The translations under genes were made by a program, and so were the position numbers. Shown here piece after piece: positions 11,501 through 22,028 of a stretch of DNA of 64,000 bases. The stretch spans positions 94,080-158,079 of the forward strand of contig RHPI01001292.1 in assembly GCA_009103225.1 (NCBI GenBank). Reading direction: 5' to 3'. The DNA is from Chlorokybus atmophyticus. Taxonomy: Eukaryota; Plantae; Mesostigma and Chlorokybus algae. Numbering within the stretch: position 1 is the first letter of the stretch; every line of letters begins with the position of its first letter. The notes beneath the pieces are model-generated. The model was not told where the DNA came from, searched no databases, and saw nothing but the letters and a program-made list of their open reading frames with translations.

Positions 11501-12410
11501 GAAGACATCTCTCAAGTCTGCCTTCGACATGAGGGACTTGGGAGAGGCAAAGTTGTTTTTTAGCATGGTGATCGAGAGAAACAGGGACACTAAGACAGTC
11601 AAGATTAGCCAGGAGTTGATGGCGCAATGGATTGTGGAGAAGTTTGGAATGGGAGACGTCAAAGGCAAGGTAATACCCATGTCCGTGGGAGCCAAGCTGC
11701 AGCGAGCAATGAGTGAGACAGAGAACCTCGACAGGAGCAAGTTCCCTTACACTGAGTTGGTTTGGAGCATGCTTTACATGTTTGTGAGCACTAGACCAGA
11801 CATCGCACATGCTGTGGGAGTGCTTGCACGATACGTGTCAGCACCCACCATGGAGCATTGGAGAGCTGCAAAGGAGTTGCTGCGTTATGTGATGGGGAGC
11901 ACAAGCGTGGGCATTCACTTTTGAGAGGGAGCTGGTGCTTGAGACAAAGAGTTGGAGGGCTACTGTGACGCTGACTACGCTGGGGACCTCGACACGAGGA
12001 GGTCAACTACTGGCTACGCGTTCCTGATAAATGGTGGAATTGTTAGCTAGATCGGTAGGATGCAACCTACCGTGGCTGCCTCGGCAGCAGAGGCGGAGTA
12101 CATGGCTGCCTCATCGGCAGTAAAGGAGGCATTGTGGTTGAAGAAGCTGAAGGCGGACTTATGCTACCGTGCAAGCTGCATCAGCATCAACTGCAACAAC
12201 CAAGGCGCAATCAAGCTGCTAAAGCATCCGATTGCTTCAGTCCGGTCAAAGCACATTGACGTGATTCACCACTTCGTGCGCGAGCGTGTGGCAAGGAAGG
12301 AGGTGGCGTTCAAGTACTGCAACACGGAGGAGATGCTGGCTGACTGCATGACCAAGCCTTTGGTGACGAAGAAGTTCCATGACTGCACTAGAGGACTTGG
12401 AGTCTACTAA
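8509..12410 (+). pseudogene. Copia gag-pol polyprotein
   Basis: Zinc knuckle CHHCGKKGHFKMEC, protease AWVLDFGCNKH, integrase VRSDRGGEY and QQNGAAERLNRTL, RT LHHLDVKTAFL and LVYVDD, RNase H SKHIDVIHHFVRE; several stops (e.g. 8764, 11922) and frameshifts. Confidence 0.95.
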
Positions 12411-12426
12411 GCTGCCTGCGTGGGAG

Positions 12427-12933
12427 TGTTAGCATGAGCATGTCTTGCACACTGCTTAGTCCAGTCAGCTTGTACATTGGCTAAGGCATGAGCCTTAGAG
12501 ATACTGCTACTAGTAAGAGCTGATATCAATCAGTCATGCGTCTGTAGCAGATATCGAGTCCACTACGCGGAGTATGACCAAGCAGGAGACTCCGGACTTG
12601 CTCATGAGGCTGGCGCAGCCTGACGCAGCCAACGCCTTGGGAGAACGGCGAGAACTCCGCGTATACTTAGCCTTAGGAGGCGTGGCTTAGCTTGTTGAAA
12701 AGCTTTGGCTGTAAGCTAGACAACCAAGCTTACATATTGGCAATCCGCTGAGTATAGCTCACGCGTTGCTTGCTAAAGTAGACATGTGTAGTCTGGCTGG
12801 TATAAAGGCCAACAGAATTAACAAGTTGTTGGTTCGGGTGAAACCCCTTTGCAAGCCTTGTGTGCACGCCTTTTGTGTATGTTCTGATACATGTGTATGT
12901 TGTAGTTGGCCAGCGCTAGCTCAGTGTTCAACA
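12427..12933 (+). repeat. Copia 3' LTR
   Basis: Preceded by a GCGTGGGAG purine-rich tract; matches the 5' LTR. Confidence 0.97.
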
Positions 12934-14116
12934 GTTCCAACGCCCTTGCTTGGTCAGCAACAGTTGCTTGCCCTAGCTGTGTGACTGTGGTTGGTGTTGG
13001 TGGCACCATGGCAAATGCAGTGGAGATGCCGGCGACATCTGACGGCCCCAAAGGTTGCACTGCAGCGGCGCGTGCTTCTTCGCATGCCTGTCGGCGTGCG
13101 TCAACTTGCGCGGCTTGGTCCTGCCGAAAGTGCTGTGCCTATTCAAGAGCAGCGAACCGTTCTTGGTGACTTCCTTGTGTGAGTCTACGGAGTGCCGGGT
13201 CAGCGCTCAGTGGCATGTTTGAGGTGGCCACCCCGAGGCCTTGCACTCAACAATGCTGAAGTCCGAGCGGGTCCAGCGGTGAGGGCTCAAAGTCAATCTG
13301 TTGCGCTGGCATTGGTTGACGTGACCGGCTAAGTGCGTTTGGCAGCCTCGCATGCAGCGCAAGAAAAACCCGAATTGCTAGCTCCAACAGAGCAGGGCGC
13401 CGGTAAGTAACCCTGAAGAGGTGATCTCTCATTTTGGGAGCCGTGCCAGCTAGAATCTCATCTTTCAACTGTTGTAAGTTGCGCTCCGGCGGTGGATGGT
13501 ATTCGAGCAGTGGTATCGGTAGGATGCGATCATCTCGCGCTACATGCGTTGTGCGTTGCCCCCCTGATGCGTACGCGATGGTGGTGCGTTCGATGTTGCG
13601 TAGAACGGACACCCAAGCGCGCTCTGCTAGCAATCCGCGTGGCACTTGTGACATCAGGGTGCGGAGGAGGGGCCGCGCGGACCCCTGATGGTGTGGTGGC
13701 AGTGGCAGCAGCGGCACACAGAGGTGCGGCAACATCAACTGCAGCAAGAGTTGTGGCACCTGCATTATTCGTGGTAACGGAAGTTGCCGCTGTGAGCGTT
13801 GCAGCAGTCGTGACTGATGCAGTGTCCGCAGCTGTAGCGTGTGGTGCCAACACCACCAGTGCGTTTGTCAGCCATGGCTGCAGCAGCCTCAATGCCGGTC
13901 ATCTTTGGCGCCAATGTGGTGCTAGGTGTATCCGCACTGGCGGCACATGTGGGTGTTGTTGTCGATGGTGTCATAGACGGGGTCATCCCAGCAAGGGTTG
14001 TGGCTGCCGAGCCAGCCCCACTTTTGGCTTCTAAAAATGCTGCTATTAACGATGCGCCAGCCTCTCTGCGCGCACGTTTTTATGGTTGGACACGTGATGG
14101 CGGGGGTGTGTTTCTT

Positions 14117-15800
14117 TCACGTTTCGGTGCCATCAAGGCTCATCGGGCAGCGTAGCAGGCTTGGTAGTTTTGCTCCCTGTTTTCTTCCAGCTGAGCCACC
14201 CGTGCCATGAGGGCCGCGACTTGGTCGACAGCTGGCTGATGCTTTGACATCAGGAGCTCCAACGCGAGGGCGTCCCTCGGGTCCCTTGCGTTGTGGAGGG
14301 CGGTTTTTCCCTCTGTAGTCATTCTCCTCTTTTGAGTGCCGGCGTTGTTGTTGTTGGGGTTGTGGCCACCAGTGTTGTTGTAGCCAACAGCGTTGCTGTT
14401 GTTGTAGCCCCCGCTGTTGTTGTTGCGATAGCCACCAGCGCTGTTGCTGTTGTTGTAGCCAATAGAGGGCCGCAGCTCGCAGAATTTGAGTCAATATACT
14501 GCTTTTAGGAGGCCCGTCTTATGGCAATAGTCGCACAAGGTTGCCATTATCTTCGGTGCACTCCTTTTGGTAGTGCCCATGTCAACCACACCAATGGCAC
14601 AGTACTAGTGACAAGGGCAGCATAAGCTGACCAATTGTTGGTGCGCGTGACTGGAGCATCTTGACTACAGTTTCGTCGAGGGGGCTTAGCACTCGCGCTT
14701 GCTATGGGACGTGAGGCGCTTCGGTTGGTGTCCAACACTGCCTTCTCTCATACACCGCAGGCTTGTGAATGGCTTGTGCAGTCTCAAAAGCTTCCTTGAG
14801 GGTGTAGCCGAGGGGTCTGCTTTAGTTTAGTGTCAAGCGCGTCGACTCACTCAAGATGGGGTCGAACTCAGCCACGTACACCACTGCAGCTGCCTCCTCA
14901 CTGACGACCTTGTAACAGGTGTCCTTCAGTAGTCCTTCCAACCGCAAATACAGCCGAAGACAGTCCTCGTTGGGCTTGCGTCGAAAGCGTCTCAACTCCT
15001 CCACCTTGCTGGTTGTCTAGCGCAGGAAGGTACGCCGCAGTGCCGCGTACAAGTCTTTGAGAGGAGAGCCCGACGTGATAGCACCAACGGTGATGGCTGG
15101 TGCGCGCAACGCCAACGAGTAAAGTGTAAAAAGGCTGCCTCCTTTTAGAGTATACGAACTCAGTGTTTGTGGTACTGGTGTCCCTGTTTTCAAAGCTGCA
15201 ACTTGTTGTTCAGCTTGCTCAGCCTCAAGGATGGCAGCGGTGCGGTTAAACACTCTGGTCTGTCGGTTGGCCTTCTTGACCTCGACCTCTGCAGGTGTTA
15301 GCGAGGCAACAACCAGCTCGACTTCTTCGTCATCTGCCTGTTGCATAGCTGCGGCTAACGCCCCCCAGTGACTGAGGTTGGAGGGACCATTGCTGCTGAG
15401 GCAGCAGCTGCTGGGCTATACGTCGGTGCAGGTGCTACAGTGCTAGCAAGCTCGCCATAGCCATCAACTCGATGCAGCTCAGCAACGGACTTCCACAAAT
15501 CGTGTGCCTCATAATTAAGGTACTGAGCCATGATATGGAATGACACCTCATCTGACCAGTCCTTGTTCTTGGGGGCTTGCTGTCGCATCTTGAAGTGGAC
15601 CTTGATGATGAACTCGTCGAGTGGTGTGGTGCCCGCACGTCCGGGGAAGCGCAGGGAGTTGGTTGAGCTGAAAGGCGCCATTTCATCATTGTCATTGTCC
15701 AAAGGAGGTGGAGAAGCTTAATGGCGAGGAGTGAAGTGGGAGGAGGTGAAGCCTGAGACGGGACGAGCGCCTCTGCTGCTACGGTAACTGCTTCCTTCAT
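14117..15800 (-). pseudogene. Element 1 gag
   Basis: EELRRFRRKPNEDCLRLYLRLEGLL segment, decayed CDYCHKTGLLKAVY knuckle and Asn/Gly-rich repeats; homologous to element 3 ORF 53839-54975. Confidence 0.8.
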
Positions 15801-16086
15801 TTGCTCATTCGTAGGTGAGGTTGGAGGCCGGGCTCCAGTTGCTGAGGTCCTCTTCGTCTATTGGCGAGAATGGGGTGGGCCTGCTTATACAGCTGATGCG
15901 ATAGTGAAAGGGTATAAAGGGTAGAGTGTTTGTGCTCTACGAAGTTATCTCCATGCTGCTACCACTCAACGCACGAGTGCTTCTGCGCACTATGCGATGA
16001 CAGTGATAATGATGCACGAGGATGTATCCAACTGCAAGCTGCACTTCTGATCTGCAGGATGCCACCATACTCAATGTAGCAAAAAG

Positions 16087-16101
16087 GGTGACACTGTGAG
16101 T
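16087..16101 (-). promoter_or_regulatory. Putative self-priming primer-binding site of element 1
   Basis: Minus-strand ACTCACAGTGTCACC directly follows repeat B and is complementary (14/15, the mismatch being G-U) to 16371-16385 inside B. Confidence 0.75.
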
Positions 16102-16695
16102 CAACAAGCCACTATCATGGGTAGTGCTGTTTACACAGTTCTTTGCATGAGTGGAAAATGTGTTACACTGTTAAGTAAGGTAAATGAGCAAGCAACACGT
16201 GAATGCTATGCTCTAACTGATGCCACACTGCAACTAAGCGCACCAAGCTCACAGCAATGACAAGCATAGTGCACACGAGCATGCACAGACTCTCACGCGG
16301 GGAGGGGATTCTTGGTAACCGGGGCGGCATGTTCGTAGTTCAAGTCGCTTCACAAGCTCCTAGCTTTCTCACTCACAGTGCCACCATCCAATCCGGTGAA
16401 CATTGCGACTACTTATACAAGTCAAATCAAGATCGTTCAGAACACAAGCTAACGGTCATATTGGGGCTATTCCCACAAGAAGTCTCCCTCGATATAGAAC
16501 ATAACATATAAGCTGAATTCACAACTGAATAGCTACGCGCAGTACCTGTGTAGGCTACCGTTACGAGCTAGTCTAAGGTCATGGTCTAGCTATTGGTCGA
16601 TGACGCGCGCGGGCCGGTATGCTGTTAGCCCGAGCGGGGGTCTTGATGTAAGCATACCCGATGCAGGCTGGCACACGAGGACAATGGGCATGACA
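16102..16695 (-). repeat. Element 1 repeat B, 5' copy (promoter-bearing)
   Basis: Homologous to 301-900. Minus-strand TATAAG at 16412-16417 lies about 30 nt upstream of the inferred start site at 16385. Confidence 0.9.
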
Positions 16696-19600
16696 AAGGA
16701 GGTCAAGTGGAGTTTGGGGGAGACACAACAAAGAGCCTTTGATGGCATTACGAATGCATCAATGATGCACTGGTGTTGCAAATGCCGGACTTCTCTCAAC
16801 CATTCGAGGTGGTAAGTGATGCTAGCTTGCACGGCACCGGAGCGGTGTTGTTGCAAGATGGACATCCCATAGCCTTCGAGTCACACAAGTTTAGTAACGC
16901 CAAGCGCAACTACACCACCACCGAGCAAGAGTTGCTTGAAGTAACAAACGCCTTGTGGAAATGGCGTCGTTACTTAAAGGAGGTGAAGTTCAGGGTTGTA
17001 ACCAACCACAATCCCCTCATCTACCTTCCCCAACAACCAAGCTTGTCCTGTAGGCAAGCACGGTGGGCCGAGTTCCTAACACGCTTTGACTTTAAATGGG
17101 AGTATAGGCCGGGGAGGATCACTGTTGCGGACCCTCTAAGTAGAGTGCCCGCCAAGCTGCCAAACCTTGGGAACAAAGCTATGACCATTGCGGTGGCGAC
17201 AAGGTCACAAGCACAAGTAATGCCGAGACTTGAATGGGTTAAAGGGAGCAAGTTAGAGCCAACTAGCTTGGAAGCGAGGATAGCAAGTGCTTACCTCATA
17301 AACCGATGGTTCAAGACTTAGACAACTTCGAACTAGTGCAAGAAGGCAACTATTGGTACAAGGGTGAGGCGGTACTGGTGCCGGATGATCGGGGCCTTCG
17401 AGTGGCGTGCATGAGCGAGATGCATGACCCTCGCTACCAAGGGCACTTCGGCATCAAAGAGACCATCAAGCTTGCGCAAAGAAGCTATTGGTGGCCTTAA
17501 ATGACAAGTGACACCAAGGCATATGTGAAGACGTGTGACTCGTGTCAATGCAACAAGTCCACCAATGCATGCAAGAGTGGCTTGCTTGTACCTCTACCCG
17601 TGCCCGATAACACGTGGGAGAGTGTGAGCATGAAGTTGATAATGAAGCTACAAAAGACAAAGCATGGCAACACGGCCATTGTTGTCTTCGTGGATGAGTT
17701 GAGCAAAATGGCTCGCTTCGCCGCATGTAATATGTAGATCAATGCGGTTGAGTTTGCTAGGTTGTTTATGACAAACGTGTTCAAGCTTCATGGACCTTCG
17801 AAGGAGTTGGTCTTAAATAGAAATCCGAAATTCACAGGAGCATTTCGGAAGAGTGTGCATGAGACATTAGGGAATAAGCAATCCATGTCCACCGCATACC
17901 ATCCTCAAAGTAACGGACAAATAGCGAGGATGGACAGAAACTTGGAACAAGCCTTGCGACACTACGTGTCGGCAAGCCAAGACAATTGGGATGAGCTACC
18001 AAATGTAGTGGAGTTTGGCATGAACTCGGCCTACCAAGAATTGGTGAAGGAGAGTCCCTTCTTCTTGAACTATGGCAAACATCCCTGTGCGCCTAGTGAA
18101 AAGGCTTTCGGCAAGAAGGCAAGGGCACCGACCGCGGGAGAGCTTTCCGCACTCAGGGCCACAATAAGTACTTTGCCGACAAGGATCGCCGGGTTGGTGT
18201 TGAGCAACAAGTGTTGCTTAGCACGAAAAACATTACGGTCAAGAGTCGGGGAAGCAAGAAGTTTCTACCCAAGTGGATTGGCCCTTTCGAGGTGCTTGAT
18301 CCCATTGGCGCCGTGGCGTATATGCTTCGCCTCCTGGAGCACTTTAAGATACATGACGTGTTTCATGTATTGTTGCTAAGAGAGTACAAGAGTGATGGTA
18401 GAGTCCGACCCCACCTCTATCCGAGTTGGTGGATGGTGGGTGGGAGTATGAGGTAGAGGCGATATTGGCACGCCATCCTCGTGGTAACAACCGTTCTTTC
18501 GAGTATCTCGTACAATGCAAGGGCTATGGTGCAGAACACAACTCATAGGTCTTAGAGAAGGACTGGGCAAATTTCCAAGAGTTGATGGAGAAATTCCTTG
18601 CAATTAATGGAGATTTAACCCAAGCCTAGCTACCCTCTATGTAGTTATAAGGCCCTTTAGAATGTGCACAAGACGTGTGCAACCCCAAGCCAAACCTATT
18701 AAGTAAGAGTGCACTCGCGAGAGGCACTCATGAAGGTTGGCCACCTTCGTGTCTCGTAGTTTCTCATACATAGTATGTGTCGGCGACCGTTACAAAGTAG
18801 GTGGGGAGGAGTGTAACGCGGCTAGTAGTTATGCTCGAAGTGCTTGGACATATGTGAGATAGACAACCAACAAGCATGTATGCTTGCTGCTACAAGGTAG
18901 ACATTAATGTGGAGCAGTTAGCCACCTATGTCCATATGGTAGATGTTGACATCTTATACGTGGTGTTTATCAGACGGACATTAATGTGGGCTGGTTAGCC
19001 ACAAATGTTTAATATGTAGACGTGTCTATATTGTAGATAAAAACATCTCAGAAGAAAAGCATAGTTAATATCTAATACATGAGTGCAAAAATCTTACAGT
19101 TATTATCTTACAGTTATCATAGCTTCGATCTTGATACCAAAAGCACTTATGTCTGGAGAATACCAGAAGAGACAAGCATGGACATCACACACAAAGGCGT
19201 GGATATCTTAGCAACGAATGTCCACATTGTAGAAGACACTGTGGATATTACACGTGCACTTATCCGGAAGGTGCCAGAAGAGGCAGATGCGTATATCGCA
19301 CGGAAGTACGCTGGTATTGTAGACTGAAATACCGATATTTCAGAGATTGGTATACATAAACTGTGGCCACGACTGTATCCAATGGCCAATACCATGAGAT
19401 AATAGTATAATCTCATGGGTTGCTCATATACTTGGGGTAAGATATCCTTTAAGATGATTGATGTGAGCCTAGTAAGGGCAAGTGCAAGAGTGCTTGTCAC
19501 AAGATGGTTGGCCGTCTTAGATTGCATTATGGTCCGAACGAGGCACCATTGGTGGAAACACCCACTACCCTTAAGTGACTAGATAAGGCAGTAGGCAAGG

Positions 19601-19862
19601 CATGGGAGACTTGGATCTACCTTGCCTTGGCGTGCTCGCTCGTGTGGGACTTCACGTGGGGTGTTCGGGTGAGAGGCCGTTCAAGGGGGTGCCAAAGCTC
19701 TTCAACCTCAAGGTTTGGACGTGTGTCCATATGTAGCACTTGTGTGTGTGAGTGTATACACGGTGTGAGGGTGCTTGCACATGTGTGTGAGTGCTTGCAC
19801 GACGTAGAGTGCATAACCCTCATAGGTGAGAGCTAAGTGCTCAAGCCTAGGGTGGCGTTACA
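16696..19862 (+). mobile_element. Chromovirus 3' half: RNase H, integrase, chromodomain, PPT, 3' LTR
   Basis: VVSDASLHGTGAVLLQ and NYTTTEQELL (RH); MHDPRYQGHFG and PQSNGQ (IN); chromodomain YEVEAIL...EYLVQCKGYGAEHNS* (~18447-18550); PPT GGGGAGGAG at 18803-18811. Confidence 0.92.
18812..19862 (+). repeat. Chromovirus 3' LTR (~1051 bp)
   Basis: Starts TGTAACG right after the PPT and ends CGTTACA (7-bp terminal inverted repeat). The partner LTR lies outside the window. Confidence 0.8.
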
Positions 19863-19879
19863 GGGGACTACACCCTCAT

Positions 19880-20350
19880 GAAGAATTGTTTGCAATATGG
19901 TCCGTTATGTGGATGACATACTCATTCATTCCGAGATTTTAGGATATACATATCATATGTATGTACCGTGTTTAATGGTTAAACACGGTGTTGATAGAAG
20001 GTACTGACCTGAGCACGTGTTACATGTTACGGATGTCGCAAATTGCTTGGTAAAAGTCCCTTTCCTACTTGCATTGTTTTAGCAAACCGTGGAAGCTTCG
20101 TGCACGGCCATTTATAGCAAAAGTAGTTGCCACACTTATATGCAATGCTTGATGCACGCGCACCACATCCACATTTGGATGTTCACAATAGCGGCAATTA
20201 TGGGGTAGTTGTGAGTTGATACACAAGCTTTGCACGCCTCTAGATCTGACCAACCTCAAGTTGACATAGCCACTCAGAGCTACAGTTTAAGACATTGGCT
20301 TAACAAGTTGTGTGATCATATGTTTTGCATTCAATGTACAACGCTGCGGC
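19880..20350 (+). mobile_element. Highly decayed Ty3-like RT remnant
   Basis: RYVDDILIHS at 19903-19932 and a downstream KVPFL-like segment; the right boundary is uncertain. Confidence 0.5.
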
Positions 20351-22028
20351 AGGTTGTACGGTGTCCAAGCAAAGTATATGTACCATACGATTTACAACAA
20401 GGTTCGCGCATTGCGTGGAGCATGAGTCCCATTCCCGCCATTTCATGTTGCCTTGCCTGATTTAGTGTTTGCTTGTGCTATGTGCTTGTCACGTCCAAAG
20501 GACTAGCTTAAGTCACTCTTACTTTCGTACTTATCTGGCCAAAATCCTCACTTGGTACTTCTTACTAACGGTAAGAAGGACTAAGTGATTTCGTATAGTC
20601 ATAGTATGTGTAGCACCTGGCATATGTGCTCATAAGGTCGATTCTTATGCACTCACTGTATAAGGACATATCAGCTACAAGGCATTGTCTATAGTAAGTA
20701 CATGACTGATCAGTGTCAAGCGCAAAGTTGCTCAGGTCGCAAAAGTGTTGCCTATGTTGATGTTTCCGAGGGTGGACAAGGTCAGCCTATGCTGAGTGGG
20801 CAGCGCATAGGTGGCATCCAATGCCTTGTTGGCCTCAGGCACCCGATGTACCAGATCAGAGAGCAATGAGTGGTAAAGCCAGATGTGACTACCATCATGT
20901 GGTGGTGAGGAGTTATTAGCCTAGCAAGATTACTTATGTGTGGGGAGCTTGGATGAAGCTACTGAAGGGGCTCTCTCCATTTACTCCCCTATGGGTTGTT
21001 GCTAGGTTTGTGAGATTTGTGCGTATTACCGTCATTATTCAATGCCTCTTAAGTCGCTTGGTTGTAGTTTCAAGTTCACATGCAGGCAATTTCAACCTTA
21101 ATGTGGAGTCGCCGCTAGCAGCACTGCCCACGCCGGGCAGTTGCTGACAGTGGCGCTGTTATTTTTGGTGGGCTGCTGTGCAAGCTATGGTCGCTTTCCT
21201 TGCTGCAGCCGTTGCCTACATTTCGTGCATGATCGCTGGTGTTTTCCGTTTGTTTGTTCAAACACTAAGTTGTTTGGGGCTTGCCCCAGCCCTTGGCACT
21301 GTGCATTGTTACTTGTCATGGTTATTGAGTATGTATACATCACTGCATACTTTTGTGCTTGGTTCGTTGTGCATATATACTTCAATAACCGCAACGCATG
21401 CAACACTGAAAGTTACATATCCATTACCTATCAATTAAGATTCACACATGTTATACATAGCAATAGCTAGCAATATACAAACCACATCGGTTGAAAGTAT
21501 AAAGCATACCGGACTTCAAAACACTTATCATTTACGTCTTGCCATTGCTGTCAACCGATTAATGCTTGAGGTTCACAAGGATATCTTGCTGCAAACGAGT
21601 ATGAACAACGAATAAATCTTCATTGTGCATTACGCTGCATGTTACATGCAATAAGTTATATACATAGCGGTATACCCCTTTTATATACAATGCTTCTTGA
21701 TACAACCATACTGTAATGTATAGTGCATGATACTTTGTACACAACATGCATTGTTTGATGCCCATGAGTGGCAAGCTGAATATGCGCCAAAAAAAACCTG
21801 CATTGCGAGTTGCGAGCCATGAGATCGCAGCTACCTGCACAATAGCTTGATTTGCGTGGCTACCACAGTTTGTGGCTGCAACAGTTCAGAAGGTAAAAAA
21901 AACAGATTGACCACCATGGTAGGCAGCAGACATGTCAATGGCCGAAAGTGATGCAATAGCAGAGCTGTGCTTGCGTGCACGTGCAAGTGCCTTGGCGAAA
22001 ACAAACCTAGCCTACAAACCTGCGCGTA

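Larger units (their letters stand above)
7891..12933 (+). mobile_element. Full-length, mildly degenerate Ty1/Copia LTR retrotransposon nested in element 1
   Basis: 507-bp LTRs at 7891-8397 and 12427-12933 (TGTT...AACA; 9 substitutions counted); 5-bp TSD GTTCC at 7886-7890 and 12934-12938; gag-PR-IN-RT-RH order. Confidence 0.97.
62..16695 (-). mobile_element. Element 1: degenerate Ty3/Gypsy-type retrotransposon with DNMT and PHD domains and split direct repeats; contains a nested Copia element
   Basis: Ends are TGTC (62) and GACA (16695), flanked by AAGG at 58-61 and 16696-16699. Gag, PR, DNMT, RT, RH, IN and PHD fragments lie in order on the minus strand, with many stops and frameshifts. Confidence 0.92.

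Noticed and set aside
62-16695. Reading element 1 as a DIRS/PAT/Ngaro tyrosine-recombinase element because of the split repeats
   Set aside because: It encodes a DDE integrase and aspartic protease, no recombinase motifs were seen, and it has a TSD with TG...CA ends.
19079-19527. Short ORFs inside the chromovirus LTR
   Set aside because: No recognisable motifs; they lie within LTR sequence containing short internal repeats.
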